Shown piece by piece: positions 36,603-49,997 of a DNA stretch of 64,000 nucleotides; the first letter of the stretch is position 1; the number at the start of each line of letters is the position of its first letter. The position numbers and the translations under genes are program-made. The notes under the pieces were generated by a model, which was not told the DNA's origin, searched no databases, and saw only the letters and a list, made by a program, of their open reading frames with translations. The DNA comes from Syncephalis fuscata S228 (taxonomy: Eukaryota > Fungi > Zoopagomycota), in contig JAHLTZ010000027.1 of assembly GCA_025786725.1 (NCBI GenBank), forward strand, positions 330,703 through 394,702, written 5' to 3'.

Positions 36603-38819
36603 ATGTCGGCTTTCAATTCTAAAAGCCAGGAGATTGAACAGTCCATTCACAGCTTATTGCCAGAGAAACCGCAAGAACAAGATGCTTTCGCCGACCAGAT
36701 TAATGATGATGACGACGATGAAAACTCGCCGTTTGAGATTGTTCGCGCAACAGTGAGCAACAAGGATGATCCGACCATGCCTACAATGACATTTCGATTT
36801 TGGATACTTGGGCTGTTTTTTACTGTTGTTCTTTCATTCATTAATCAGTTTTTTTGGTTTCGCGAGACGCCGTTAGTTGTTGGTATTCTTGTGGTTCAGC
36901 TACTGTCATATCCACTTGGTAAGGTAATGGCACATTTCCTGCCTTCAAAATACATTCATATTGGCCGATTAAGATTTTCAATGAATCCTGGGCCTTTTAA
37001 CATCAAGGAACACGTACTTATCACTGCCTGTGCCAATGCCTCGGCCGGCACGGCATATGCAATTGATATTGTCACGATTAAACGCATATTTTACAAACAA
37101 GATCTGGGATTTTTACAATCCTTTGTGCTTGTAGTTACCACACAGTGTCTTGGCTACGGTCTAGCTGGCGTTTGTCGCCGATTTCTAGTTAGACCGGCTG
37201 CTATGATTTGGCCAGCAAATTTGGTAAACATTGCTCTTTTTCGTACATTGCACGAAGAGACTAGTATTACACGTAATGGCGAAACATCAACACACGGACC
37301 AACACGGATTCGCTTTTTTACAATAGCGGCAACGTGCAGCTTTGTCTACTACTTTCTTCCGGGTTTCTTGGCCCCATTTCTTACTACCGTTTCATTAATG
37401 TGCTACATTTTTCCCAATAACAAATTACTAAGTCAAGTCGGCTCTGGTTCCCGAGGACTTGGCTTTTTGGCTTTTACTCTTGACTGGAATACAGTCGTGT
37501 CGTTTTTGCTTTCTCCACTAATCACGCCTTTCTGGGCCGAATGCAACATTATAATTGGCTTCTGTCTTATCACTTGGTGTCTAATTCCAGCAGGCTTTTT
37601 CTCGGATATTTGGGATGCCAAAACATTTCCCATTATTTCCAGTAAATTGTTTACAAGTAATGGAAGCCGCTATGATACGCTATCATTGCTCAACAAAGAC
37701 CTATCGCTTAATGAAGAAAGATACCAAGCCTACGGGCCCCCGCATCTTTCCTTTTTCTTTGCTATTACCTACGGCGTTGGATTTGCCACTTTAGCTTCAG
37801 TGATCATGCACACAGTACTTTATCATGGCCGTGATATTGTCAATAGATTGCGCGAGTCACGTATGGCCAATGACGACATTCATGCAAAGTTAATGGATCG
37901 CTATCCTGAAGTGCCAGATGTTTGGTACATTGGCATTTTTGTACTGAATCTTATTTTGGCCATCGTTGCCTGTGAGCTTTTTGGATTGGATTTGCCATGG
38001 TGGGGCCTATTAATGGCAGTGCTTATGTCTGCCCTGTTTATACTACCCATTGGCATTATTACAGCAATCGCCAACCAAACTCCTGGACTGAATATTATCA
38101 CCGAATTTGTCATTGGATTTATATTACCGGGCAAACCGATAGCCAATGTTACATTTAAAACGTATGGCTATATATCAATGGCGCAAGGAATAATGCTACT
38201 TAGTGACTTAAAGCTGGGACATTATATGAAAATTCCTCCACGTCACATGCTTATTGCACAGACTGTGGGCACTATTGTGGCCGGCCTAATCAATCTTGCT
38301 ACTGCCTATCTTATGTTTGATCTTATGCCAAATATTTGCCAGGAAACTGAAAAGGTCTGGACATGTTCCAATGCCAATGTCTTTTTCTCTGCGTCAGTAA
38401 TTTGGGGCGTGATTGGGCCTAACAGAATGTTTGGTTCTGAGGGACACTATTCTGCGCTACTATGGTGGTTTCTTATTGGTTTGTTGCTACCAGTTCCATT
38501 CTGGCTACTATCTCGTCGTTTTCCAAATACCTGGCTTCAATACGTACATACGCCGGTAATACTGGGTGCCACAGCCATCATGCCGCCAGCACAGCCTGTT
38601 ATGTATCCAACCTGGTTTCTTATTGGATTTATATTCCAGTTTGTTATATATCGCTACCAGCATCAATGGTGGAGTAAATATAACTATGTCTTGTCTGCTG
38701 CACTGGATTCAGGCGTGGCAATTGCAGGCATTATTATATTCTTTGCTTTCCAGTATCACTCCGTTGAACTGGAATGGTGGGGCACAAAGCAAGATTGTTA
38801 TAATTTTAAAGTACTTTAA
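36603..38819 (+). CDS. OPT-family oligopeptide transporter (Isp4/Opt-like), intronless
   Basis: Motifs: SPFEIVRATVSNKDDP, TFRFW, NPGPFNIKEH, PAAMIWP, KTYGY, DLKLGHYMKIPPR, SVIWGVIGP, WWSKYNYVLSAALDSG. Many TM segments. Confidence 0.97.
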   Translation: MSAFNSKSQEIEQSIHSLLPEKPQEQDAFADQINDDDDDENSPFEIVRATVSNKDDPTMPTMTFRFWILGLFFTVVLSFINQFFWFRETPLVVGILVVQLLSYPLGKVMAHFLPSKYIHIGRLRFSMNPGPFNIKEHVLITACANASAGTAYAIDIVTIKRIFYKQDLGFLQSFVLVVTTQCLGYGLAGVCRRFLVRPAAMIWPANLVNIALFRTLHEETSITRNGETSTHGPTRIRFFTIAATCSFVYYFLPGFLAPFLTTVSLMCYIFPNNKLLSQVGSGSRGLGFLAFTLDWNTVVSFLLSPLITPFWAECNIIIGFCLITWCLIPAGFFSDIWDAKTFPIISSKLFTSNGSRYDTLSLLNKDLSLNEERYQAYGPPHLSFFFAITYGVGFATLASVIMHTVLYHGRDIVNRLRESRMANDDIHAKLMDRYPEVPDVWYIGIFVLNLILAIVACELFGLDLPWWGLLMAVLMSALFILPIGIITAIANQTPGLNIITEFVIGFILPGKPIANVTFKTYGYISMAQGIMLLSDLKLGHYMKIPPRHMLIAQTVGTIVAGLINLATAYLMFDLMPNICQETEKVWTCSNANVFFSASVIWGVIGPNRMFGSEGHYSALLWWFLIGLLLPVPFWLLSRRFPNTWLQYVHTPVILGATAIMPPAQPVMYPTWFLIGFIFQFVIYRYQHQWWSKYNYVLSAALDSGVAIAGIIIFFAFQYHSVELEWWGTKQDCYNFKVL

Positions 38820-39607
38820 CGATCACCTTGACTGCATTTTCTTTATTGTTTTAATAAAGTTGAGAAATACAAAGTAGTTGTAATTAAACACTTTGTATTC
38901 GCAAAAAGCTTTAAAATACAAATATTACACCAAATAGCAATTATCAATAAGTTATTTATTGCTATCTTGAGTGCCAGAAAGTAATAACTTTTAAAATAAT
39001 TATAATGTAATGATATGTAGAAACTATATTCAAATGTTTACTAGTATACCAATAATTATACGATGTAATAACAAATTATTTGTGTATTAATTAATGCAAA
39101 AACAAAAATGATAAAAAGAGGAATAAAACACAAGATTGAATTATAACATGCTAACTAATGTTAATTACTTTCATGCTATTCATTCTAAAGATATTTTCTT
39201 TAATCATCAGTCATTTTGTTTTATTCTTTATTTATCCTCCTCCTTTCATAGCAATTTTGTTTGCCTAGTGTTTTATTAGCAAGAACACATACACATATGC
39301 TAGTCCATTCAATACATAAATTGTCAATTACTCAAGCTGAATATTACTACAATAATCAACAACTCTTTTTAGCCCAATGCAAACAAACAATTAATTATAG
39401 TGCTGATTATTACATGTTAAATCTATTTAGTTATTAAGTGTTTGTTTTTGTTATATTTTCTTAAAGCTTTAATAATGTATTTTTATTTTATGTAAATGAA
39501 TAAATAGAAATGTGTGTATAGTTTAGTCTACGGATGGCAACAAATAGCTTTTTGTGCACATATTATGTTGCTTATTAATATAACGTAATGATAGATAAGC
39601 AGGCTGT

Positions 39608-41893
39608 TTATTGAGTTGTCATACCCATAATAATTAGAATTCCTATTATCGTTCCTGTTTCAAGTGCCGCTGATAATACATAGTTGTAACGACTCCACCA
39701 GACGTGTCGGTACCTGTATATTATATATTGAAATACGAATGCTGCTATAATCCAGCTATTGTACATGGCCGGCCGTGCCGGTGGCATCATTGCAGTAGCT
39801 GATAAAATAATTGGCGTGTGTACATAATTCCACCAGCTACGCGGGAACCTTCGAGCCAGTAGCCAAAAAGGTAGCGGCATCAATGCACCTATAAGAAATG
39901 CCCATAACAACGTTGCATATCCGTTGTCGGGTGTTTCAAACAGTCGCTTTGGTCCTATTACGCCCCAAATGACCGAGGCTGCATAGAATACCCGTGGACT
40001 TTCGCACGTCCATCCGACCATTTCTTTGCTGCATAGACTTGGATATACGTGAAACATCATAAACATTGTGGCCAAATTGATCGTTCCGGCCAGTAGCGTG
40101 CCAATTACTTGCGCCAAAAACAAATGACGTGGTGGGATTTTCATATAATGTCCTAGCTTCAAATCGGATAGAAATGATATTCCCTGATTCATACTAATGT
40201 AGCCATACGTTTTAAACGTCATATTGGCCACTGGATTACCTGGAATGATGTAGCCAATGATTAGCTCTGTTAGTATATTTAGTCCGGGTGTTTGGTTGGC
40301 TACTGCTGTCATGATACCAACTGGTACAATAAAGAGTGCTGAAAGGCCCACTGCTAATATAACGCCCCACCACGGTAGTCCCAGCTGATATGCTTGGCAA
40401 ATATAGATCGCCACGCCTCCGTTGATCAGCAGAACGGCAATGTACCACCAACTGGGTACCTCTTTATATTGCTTCATTAGGCGTGCGTGTACATCTTCGT
40501 GGCCGGCCCGTGCATCTTTTAAACGAGCCAATATTTCCCGGCCATGATAGAGCACCGTGTGTACTACAACGGACGATAGGGCAGCAAATCCGGCTCCATA
40601 TGTTAATGTGAAAAAGTAGGAAAAATGAGCATTGCCTCGAGCTGCATACTTGTCCAAATCTAGTGTCATTGTTTTTGGATTAAGTACTGCTGCTATATCG
40701 TATTCGTTGCCGGCATGATCGAGTACATCGGCACTAACAATTGGAAAGCGTTGTATATCCCACACATTGGTGTAATAGGCTGCAGGTAAAATGATCCAAC
40801 AGATAACAACAAATCCCACGAATAAATTACAACTGGCCCAGAATGGCGTTACAAGTGGTGATCCCAAATAAGCAACAATATTATTCCAATCAAGGGAGAA
40901 TGACAACACGCCTAATCCTGTTGTACCTGAGCCAATCTGATTCATTACTTGACTTTTTGGTGCTATTAAAGAAAGTATTGATATACTGCTTAGAATAGGA
41001 AAAAAATAGCCTGGAAGAAAATAGTATAATGCGCCAATAACAGTGGCAATAAGAAAAAAGCGCATACGGCTATTAAGTTTCCATCGGTTAACCTGTTGCT
41101 CTTGCGAACTACTATTATTGTTATTGTTGCTAGTATAATCTGTAATAGATGTGCCTGACAGTTCGGTCATTTGGCGTTCACGTTCAATATCTTCATCTTC
41201 GTGCAATGCCCGTAACACGGCAACTGATACTAGATTGGCCGGCCATATCATTGCAGCAGGCCGAATTAAAAACCGATGGCATACACCCGCTAGACCATAA
41301 CCAATACATTGAGTACTTAATATCAGTAGCAGTCCGGCAACAAACGGCAATGGCTGGTTATAAAATACGCGCCGTACAACTACAATGTCCACAGCATACG
41401 CCACAAAAGACGCCGAGTTGGTACATGCTGCAATAAGCGTGTGTTCTTTAATGTTGAACGGTCCGGGATTTAATTGTAAACAGCAAAATCCTAAATTGAT
41501 TTTGGCATCTGGCAAACGAGCCAGCAATCTGCCAAGTGGAAATGACACAAGCTGCACTACAATTGGTGATATAAATATAACATTATCACGAAAAGCCACG
41601 ATTTGATTGATAAAAGCAAGTGTACACGTAAAGAATAGACTAATGGCCCAGAAACGAAATGTAAGCGTTGGTAGTGTTGGATCATCTTTGTTGCTAACGG
41701 TAGCCCGTACAATTTCAAATGGCGAGTCTTCTTCATCTAATACAGCCATGGATTCAAGCGTATCGTCATGATAGGCGGCATCTGCATAATGATAAAGATG
41801 TTCGTCTATGTCATCATTATTGCGGTTGGATGCACCGGCAGATGTTGCGTACAAGCTCGATTCACGGCTAGTTTGCCGCCGCTTGAACAGCAT
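39608..41893 (-). CDS. OPT-family oligopeptide transporter; paralog convergent with the previous gene; exact C-terminus uncertain
   Basis: Same signature motifs (SPFEIVRATVSNKDDP, NPGPFNIKEH, DLKLGHYMKIPPR). First in-frame ATG is at 41893. The ORF ends just after the last TM helix, without the WWG tail seen in the paralog. Confidence 0.93.
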   Translation of the reverse strand: MLFKRRQTSRESSLYATSAGASNRNNDDIDEHLYHYADAAYHDDTLESMAVLDEEDSPFEIVRATVSNKDDPTLPTLTFRFWAISLFFTCTLAFINQIVAFRDNVIFISPIVVQLVSFPLGRLLARLPDAKINLGFCCLQLNPGPFNIKEHTLIAACTNSASFVAYAVDIVVVRRVFYNQPLPFVAGLLLILSTQCIGYGLAGVCHRFLIRPAAMIWPANLVSVAVLRALHEDEDIERERQMTELSGTSITDYTSNNNNNSSSQEQQVNRWKLNSRMRFFLIATVIGALYYFLPGYFFPILSSISILSLIAPKSQVMNQIGSGTTGLGVLSFSLDWNNIVAYLGSPLVTPFWASCNLFVGFVVICWIILPAAYYTNVWDIQRFPIVSADVLDHAGNEYDIAAVLNPKTMTLDLDKYAARGNAHFSYFFTLTYGAGFAALSSVVVHTVLYHGREILARLKDARAGHEDVHARLMKQYKEVPSWWYIAVLLINGGVAIYICQAYQLGLPWWGVILAVGLSALFIVPVGIMTAVANQTPGLNILTELIIGYIIPGNPVANMTFKTYGYISMNQGISFLSDLKLGHYMKIPPRHLFLAQVIGTLLAGTINLATMFMMFHVYPSLCSKEMVGWTCESPRVFYAASVIWGVIGPKRLFETPDNGYATLLWAFLIGALMPLPFWLLARRFPRSWWNYVHTPIILSATAMMPPARPAMYNSWIIAAFVFQYIIYRYRHVWWSRYNYVLSAALETGTIIGILIIMGMTTQ

Positions 41894-43497
41894 GCCGATA
41901 AACGGCCGAAATGATTTAAACAGCGTTGAGGTAGAAATGGTAGAAAACACGTACAATTAAACTCTTATTGCTATTACTGCTGTACGGTGTTGTTGCTAAT
42001 AGTTGTTGTTGTGAATAAACAAATAATTAGCTAAATATAACATTATTGATTATCCGATAAACTCCATTTGTAATATAGTGATTGACAAGTGTAAATGGCT
42101 AATTTACGTATTTACAAATGCAATAATATAATAATATAAACAATAGTAAACACAGCACTAATATAAGCCCAACAAAGACATTGGCCGTTTGTATTAACAG
42201 ATCACATGTACCACCACCGCTTAGAAAGTAATGCTTACCTTAGACAGGACGATAGATATGGTAGATTATTATGCAATGATTTAAAGTAATTATACTTTAG
42301 ACATACAAAACAACAATTGGCGGTTAGAGTTAGTCGTTCTATTTGTCCTCCTGTTGCAGATTTGTACAGCTGCGTATGCACCTACGTGTAAATACTTTTG
42401 GCAACGCAATGGCTTTACACTGTTGCGGAGATAGTTGACAATTGTAATGTCAGAATTAACGGCCACTAAAAGAGAAAAGTGCCAAAAATGCAAGAATAGA
42501 AGAATAGCACGAAATATTAATAGAAATGTCACTTAAAAGTCATTAAAGTGGCCGTCCATTAATGCAAGAAGTCTGCAAGCTGTAAATGATAAAAGGAAAA
42601 GAAGATGGAAAATAATAATCTAATTGAATTGTGCCACCAGCACATTATAGAACATCTATACACACCCACACCAAACACCCACACGTAATTTCCATGGCTG
42701 TCAAGGCCATTAACTATTGATTACTGACGCAGCCTTGCACTCAAAGTGATACACGGGAGATTGTGTGTGTATGTGAGGCAGCGAACGAAAAGAGGGGAAC
42801 AAGTTATGTAGAGATGAAAAAGGCAGCACGCGTACGACCATGTTAGAATTACTCTAAGGCATCAAATGGATATGACTGTGAGTTTCATGTTCGATATTTC
42901 CTTCTCGTCAGCTGAACGTGATCGCTCGACCGATTAAGCTATAGTTGGCCTAGTAGATAATGCGTCGCAGCCTCGACCATAAACGATTAATGGCAATAAG
43001 GCTATGTTGCTGTTGCTGCCATTGTTGCTGTTGAGATATTTACGCATCAAATGGCCAATCTTGACAAAGATGCAATGTCCTATCATATGTGCTACCGTGG
43101 ATTGGCTTTAAAGATTAGTACTTGGTTTGTTGTATAGAACTGCCTATTAGCATAATTAGATACATTCTAAGAATAGCAGTACCATACTAATGCCCATCTC
43201 TCCGTCTCCCCTTTTCTCTATCTATATAGTAATAGTAGTTTATGACTGCTTCTTCCGTGCATTGTAGCAGTGGACAGTTTTCATAAATGTACTGCGTGTT
43301 TATAGATATTTATGGTAAGCTCTTACGCAAATGTTAACATGTGAATTGGTGGTACATGTTGCTATGCGTAAAAGCATTTTAAAACTCTAGCCTTTTTACG
43401 CCTATAATTCAAACTATTAGTGCTACTTATACTGTATTTCTTAATAAACATAAAACAATGATACAAATAGTTTAATTTATAATGATTTGTTAATATA

Positions 43498-44445
43498 TTA
43501 ATTGTCTTCATTGTCACTACTGCTACTACTATTACTGGTTGCTGTATTTGTGTCTTCTTCAGTTTGCCATCCATCACCGAGGTCATGGCCTGGTAGCTGC
43601 TCAGTGTTGTTATGTATTTCGTTGGGTGCCGCTGAGAAGGTTGGCTGTTCGGATAATATGCCGTAACAGCCTTCTAAATCTAGCCAACGTAATTGAGGAC
43701 AAGATTCGCGTAAAGTAGCAACAGCCTCATCGGTGATCATTTCACAACTTTGAAGACTAAGCCATTGTAACGATTGACAGCCTTTGGCCAGTTCTATTAT
43801 ACCATCATCTGTTACTTCAGTATCTGTTAAATCGAGTTTAATAAGCTGTGGACACCATTGTGCAATGGCTATGACAGCAATATCCGTAATATAGCAATTG
43901 GCCACTGATAGCTGGCGCAGACTTGATCCACACCAGCTAACGATGGTGGCAAGTGATTGATCACGTATTGGCGTCCAACATATATCCAAATCACTTATGC
44001 CCAATCGTCGTGGCTGTTCGTTATCCGCCGACGATGGCCTATTCGTGTCATGCGATGAAGCTATCGCTGATGACGACGCGGTACGGCTATTACCGATTAA
44101 TTCATTTTGTTTCGATGTATCTAATAATGATTCGTCAAGATTCGTTGCATAACGCATTATAAACGCCAATAGCTCTTTGTCCGATAGTTGCTGCCATCTA
44201 TGAGCAATAAGCGATAGGTCAATTGAGCGTATCCAGCGACCACGCGAAGCGGGTACTCTACGTTGAAACTGACGTAACTGCTCGACTGACGTGAATTCAG
44301 GCGTGTAGTAAAGCCACGGCAGTGCTGCATCTCGAAATGCACGCGATGCATAGATTAACTGAGATAGCGTTGTTTGTTCCGAGTACGCGGCCACATAGCT
44401 AAGTAGCTCGAGTGGCAATGAGCGTGGTGGCAATGACGATAGCAT
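43498..44445 (-). CDS. F-box / leucine-rich-repeat (RNI-like, cysteine-containing LRR) protein, intronless
   Basis: N-terminal LPLELLSYVAAY...SRAFRDAALPWLY (F-box-like). LRRs: LRQLSVANCYITD, CPQLIKLDLTDTEVTD, CQSLQWLSLQSCEMITD, CPQLRWLDLEGC. Confidence 0.88.
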   Translation of the reverse strand: MLSSLPPRSLPLELLSYVAAYSEQTTLSQLIYASRAFRDAALPWLYYTPEFTSVEQLRQFQRRVPASRGRWIRSIDLSLIAHRWQQLSDKELLAFIMRYATNLDESLLDTSKQNELIGNSRTASSSAIASSHDTNRPSSADNEQPRRLGISDLDICWTPIRDQSLATIVSWCGSSLRQLSVANCYITDIAVIAIAQWCPQLIKLDLTDTEVTDDGIIELAKGCQSLQWLSLQSCEMITDEAVATLRESCPQLRWLDLEGCYGILSEQPTFSAAPNEIHNNTEQLPGHDLGDGWQTEEDTNTATSNSSSSSDNEDN

Positions 44446-44705
44446 ACTATAGCTCGTCTTTTGCTCAACACTTGGTATAGACCAATATTTACCTTACTAT
44501 AGCCACTCAAGTCAGTCCACAAGTTAGACTAAAATTGTTTAGCAATGAACTAAATAGTTAAACGAATAAATGGTTGCTGAAGTACTTTTGTTTTTATTTT
44601 CATTTTTATTTTATTTTAGAAAGTTTACAAACCTTGTTTATTTAATTGCATAAATGTATTATCATGTAGCACTACTATACATTCTTTATTAATAATTCAT
44701 TAGCA

Positions 44706-45140
44706 TTTATTATAATTTGATGGTCAAATGACTAATATTTAATAACGCCCAATCTATTGAACATGATGATGGGTGGTGAGTGACATCAGTCATCAAATAC
44801 TCGTCAGCATAGATTCGTTATCCAGTATGCATATATCCACCATTCATCTATATCATTACCATTCTGTCCCACACTACTATGTATCATTTTATGCTATATT
44901 AAACACATTCTATTGTTTATATGTTCTAATATACTTTACTCATTCCACTCATTACGTTATATGTACTACAACTTTACCATTTATTAAACTATTTTCATTA
45001 TACATTTATCATTCTATATATCACTCTATACCCACCTAGCATTACTCTATCCAATGCTATTTTTATTTTTGCTCTAGCTTTATTATTAATAAATTTCGGC
45101 TAAGTTCACTCATCTGTTCATGCATATATGCTCATTAACT
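44706..45140 (+). repeat. Dispersed ~430 bp repeat, copy 1
   Basis: Aligns by eye with the reverse complement of 59595-60030. Near-identical core: ccaatctattgaacatgatgatgggtggtgagtgacatcagtcatcaaatactcgtc. The ORF track shows matching MVSDISHQILV peptides. Confidence 0.9.
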
Positions 45141-47045
45141 TATTCGCTTCTTCAGTCATCAAACTATATGCAATTGGAACTTGTAGTTCAATTATGCGAA
45201 TGCTATTAAATATAGCTATTTGACCACCAATCTAATACAACTACCACTCTATAGATATCATGCTATTAGTTTCTACAATCAAAACTGTCTCGCTTTCAGC
45301 CTTCCATGCTTTTTCTGCTATTTTAATCACTCTGTTTTTTTGTTCTGCTACTGCACTCGCAGTCATTCTAGTATCTGTCACATTTAGAGGAGTATGTTTG
45401 TTTTATCCATGTTTTGTTTAGCTCCTGTATTTCATTATATGTAATAAATCAACACAACTAATAGATAATTATCGTTGTCTTTATTTATTTATGCTACGCT
45501 GATTGATGTTAGCCAGTGGGAGCTACTGTACTTTGACTCTTACATTTTTTATTTACTCATTTCATGCCTTCACTTTTAAATACAATTAAACACTCATTCA
45601 TCACTATAACATGTATAATATTGCATCTAACATTAATTAATTCATGTGTAATTATCAATACAATAGTGTAATTAATTAGTTATTTTCATTATTGCTTTAA
45701 TATATATATATTGTCATTTATTTAGTTAGATTGGCTATAGGGGGAATGGCTGTTTAATAAACAATATTTATAATAATTATACTAATCTTGAGTTTACATC
45801 ACAAATATGCTTAAAATGCAATAGTAGAACATTAAAATATAAAATAGACTATTTAGATACAATAATCCATGTTGTATGTAGCAACAATAACAACAAATGC
45901 GGAACGATGTGAAATTGCAACCATATGGCTTCTATTAATATTCGATCAATCTTTCTACACGTGGTCGTCAACAACAATGATCAACCGCAAACGTTTCAAA
46001 GAAATCAAATGGTATGTTACATATGTATTTAAACCAGTTTATTAAAACAGTATTTTAATAGGAAGTAATATAATTATGCTATGCATAGCAATACAACTTG
46101 ATTGGAATAAATTGTGCTTTGGGGACAGATGTGGGAGTCAAAGTAAAATGCAACTAGCCAGTGTAATAGAATAGTCTAATAACATGTCTAAATGATAGTC
46201 AATATTTTGATTTCTCATTATTTCATTGCCACTTCACATGCATGCTGTGCCATGATCTCGTTTCATCTCTCGCCATCTCGTCGTCCATCCTTGTCGCTTA
46301 AGCCACCTCCACCACCTTGTCATCGTACAAACGAACAGCCCATTTTCTATTTCGTTTCTTTTCTGGCGTCACTCTTTGAAAACATCCGTGCGTGTTGTAA
46401 ATCAGCTAGTCTCTATCGTCTCCGCGCTACTCTATCTGTGTGCGTCTATGCGTGTCCGTGGATAGTGTGGCATATACGGCGGTCAACATACATACACACA
46501 CACCCTCCGCATACTTTTTACTAGGTCAATGAGCAAGTTTCGTCGCATCTATGTAAGTTTTAGTAATAAATAAGCATAAAAACAACGCCGGCTACAGTCG
46601 GTAGATGCACAGGCGTTATAATCTTGGATTGGCCATGAACACTACTATGTAGATACTAGTGTTAAGACAATATTAGCTAGTACAGTATTTTATATGTATT
46701 GTAAATCTTGTCGAACGACGGCAGTTTCCTCCCTAGATGGGTAGCACGCGCCACGTTATCTGTTGCGCTCGTATTGGCCTTCATAAGCATAAAGTGATGG
46801 GCAGTATCAATGTGTCACAGTAAATAGCCATTCTAGTCTTTGTATTAATATTAAGAAGTTGCCACAAGATACTTACCAGTCCATTGTATATTGATATAGA
46901 TACGCTAGTACCGTATTATTAATTAAGCTACATAGCATCGAATAGCTAGTATTTACACGTTGCCGATTTGATTATCTGCCTTCAACTATATTCATCGCCA
47001 AATCTTGGCAGCCTACATAGTTGATAACAAAAGCTTGTTTGAAGA

Positions 47046-49811
47046 ATGAATAATGATAATGCGTCAGATTACGCTCAGGTAAGCTTGAGACAATGAAAAT
47101 GGCAATCATGAATGTATTGTGTTATTTTACTATTTAATATTATTATTTAATAAGCGACTAACATTTATTATATGAATCTATAGGAACCAAATGAGCAAAC
47201 AGATTCCAATCTGTCCCAAGGATCACAACAGCCACAGCAACGGCCGCTGGACCCGCTAATTGTTTCCATGTTTGTTACAAGCGGTACTATTCCACCTCCA
47301 GTGGCTGGTGCATCGCTGACGGTAATTGGTGATCGTCTCTGGGTATTTGGTGGTCGATTAGTAAGTAATCGACGTATGACAAGCGAACTCTATTCGCTCC
47401 ATATGGAAACATTTGTTTGGCGTAAACATAACAATCTGCCCGGTGATCCTGCACCTGAAGCACGCTATTTCCACAGTGCTGATCAGTATGCACCCGACCG
47501 ACTTGTAGTATTTGGCGGTATGGGCCAACGTTTATTGTCAGAAACGAGCAATAACTCTAATGGCCATGATACATCGGTTGTACTATCTGACGTCACTGTA
47601 CTTGATGTTAGTAATCCCGATAATCCACGTTGGCGCCGTCCTAGAATATCTGGACCGATACCACGTGCCAGATATGCGCATTTAACCGCCATTAATGGCC
47701 ACCAACTAGTCGTTATTGGCGGCCAAGATCTACAAAATACATATGTTGAAGATGTGCATACATTAGATCTGGATACATTCACCTGGACACAAGCATCGCC
47801 ATTCCCCAAGCATTGCGGTGTTTATCGCTCCATTGCCCTATGTTATGCTGGTTCAACGTATGTGTACAGTAATTACAATTTTACAGATGTTCGACGTGAA
47901 TTGCAAGTACTTGGTCCAGATCTACATCTTACCGATCGATCTCGTGGTATGACCGGTGAAAATAGACCACCTGGTCTACGTTTCCCCACCGGCCATCTTA
48001 TTGGCGATCATTTGGTCGTGAGTGGTACTTATTTAACCAACACTTCACAAACCTTCTCCACCTGGCTATTGGACATGCGCCGCCTTGTCTGGGCCCGGCT
48101 TGAATGTTCACGCCCTTTACACAAAGGCAGTTGGAATCGTGCCGTACTCGATGCACGCCGCAACCGACACTTAATTCTAGGCAATCGAGAACGCACGCTA
48201 CTTGTAGACTATGAACATCGACGGGTTAATTTTGAACATGTGGCCGCTGTATGCCTTGAATCATACGGTGTATACGATGTGCCACGACAGCGTATTAGTG
48301 TACTTGGACAAGAGTTGGGTGGTATTTTATTAAATCGACGACAATTTGCAGATTTTGAAATTCGAGTATCTGCAGATGCCAACGATTTGTCAGATGATGA
48401 AGATAATGACAGTAACAGCAACAATAATAGTCACAATAGTAATAGTGCTGAACATCGTAGTCCGAATGGAAATGAAGAAAGACGACGTACAAGTGAACAT
48501 AGTATTTCAAACGATACTGCATCTATGATCAATGGTCCACGTGGATCTATAGATGAATTAAGTAACGGCAGTGATAATCGCCGTAATTCAGAAATAACAC
48601 TGGTTACCAATCGATCATCATCTTATTCTTTACAAAATACAAATCGACATGTTGGCTTAGACAATACGCCATTACTGCGTGGTGAACGGGTCATCCTAGT
48701 CAATACGGCATTATTACGCCAACGTTGGCCTCATTTTGATCGATTGGTACGATCTAATACGAAAGAAAATCAACAACGCTTTCTACGCTTACCTGAGCCA
48801 TATTCGGTCATCCGTCATCTACTTCATTATTTGTATACAGGCGCACTTGACCCATCCTCTTCAGTGGATGTACTTGGTGAACTTATGGTACTTGGCGATG
48901 TTTATGACTTGAAAGAAATGTTATCACAAGCTGCCCATGTACTTCATGGTCGACTAACACTTGATACAGCACCACATATATTCAGATATGCCACCCTGGC
49001 TCATCGTAATGGATTACGTGTACGGGCATTAAGAATTATGCGTAGAAATGCCGATGTACTTGCTCGTTCAGTGGCCCTTTGGCAATTGCCAGATGCAATT
49101 CGTAATGATGTCATTGCATTTCTACCCCCTAACTTTCCTCGTACGCCACCAGCATCGGTCGCGGCCGTTCTAGCAGGAAGTCAAGCGCCGTCTACACGTC
49201 AAAATACACCCCGTCCTACACCGCCATCGGTATCAGAAAGAGCAGTGGATGCAGCGACGACGGCCGTAGCATCTACCATGCTGCCCATGACGTCTACAAC
49301 AGCAGCATCAACGACGACAACGATAGCTGAAGAAAATGAGCCTGGTCATAATGGTAACAACAATTATAATAATAATAGTATTAGTAATAGTAATAATAAC
49401 AATTCTAATCTTTCCACGACCACTCGAACCATCAATGGCTGGTCGTTCAATGACTCTATCAGCACCAATGGATATATAGTTAACGGGATACATACACGGC
49501 CGGAACGACCACTACACTCGAACCATCCTAGTATTAGTGGCACGTCAACATTTAGTGTAGATTCTGCCAATTCACGTCGCTGGATGCATCGTCCAAGCGC
49601 TGTCGGGTTATCGGCCATTGAAAGCCACCAACACCAACACGGAGGAGGAGCAGCACAGCAACGTCAACTATCTTCATTACATTACATACCGGGTACCACC
49701 ACTACTAACCATAACAACAGCACAGCAACAGCACAGCAACAGCAAGCAACGACCTATGCAAGACAACATATGCGAGCGGCCTCTACTTCAACAACGACAA
49801 TGCATCGATAA
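47046..49811 (+). CDS. Kelch-repeat + BTB protein of the Ral2 / Mds3 / Pmd1 family; 2 exons
   Basis: Exon 1 (47046-47078, MNNDNASDYAQ) and intron 47079-47183 are in frame with ORF 47268. Motifs: PPPVAGASLTV, VFGGRL, ARYFHSA, ARYAHL, YSNYNFTDVRREL, PPGLRFP, VSGTYLT, GSWNR; BTB ADFEI...LRQRWPHF...LLHYLYTG. Confidence 0.9.
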
Positions 49812-49997
49812 TTTGTCTATTTGTTTTCGCTATTATCTGTGTTATTGCTGTTGTTTAATTTCTTCTATTATAATTCAACTATTTCATTTATTTCCAACGT
49901 AAATGCCATACTAGTTTTGCGAATTAACCATTATAGCGTAATACAAATACAAATGATTTAAAATGACAATGTATATAGATATAGACACGTAAGAGAT

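Noticed and set aside
44762-44830. ATGATGA (C-box-like) in the repeat core suggesting a C/D snoRNA
   Set aside because: No suitably placed CTGA D-box or terminal stem was found on the same strand.
44773-45039. Paired ORFs MVSDISHQILV... (also 59703-59963) as duplicated small proteins
   Set aside because: They have GTG starts, the frames diverge at the 3' end, and the DNA repeat explains them.
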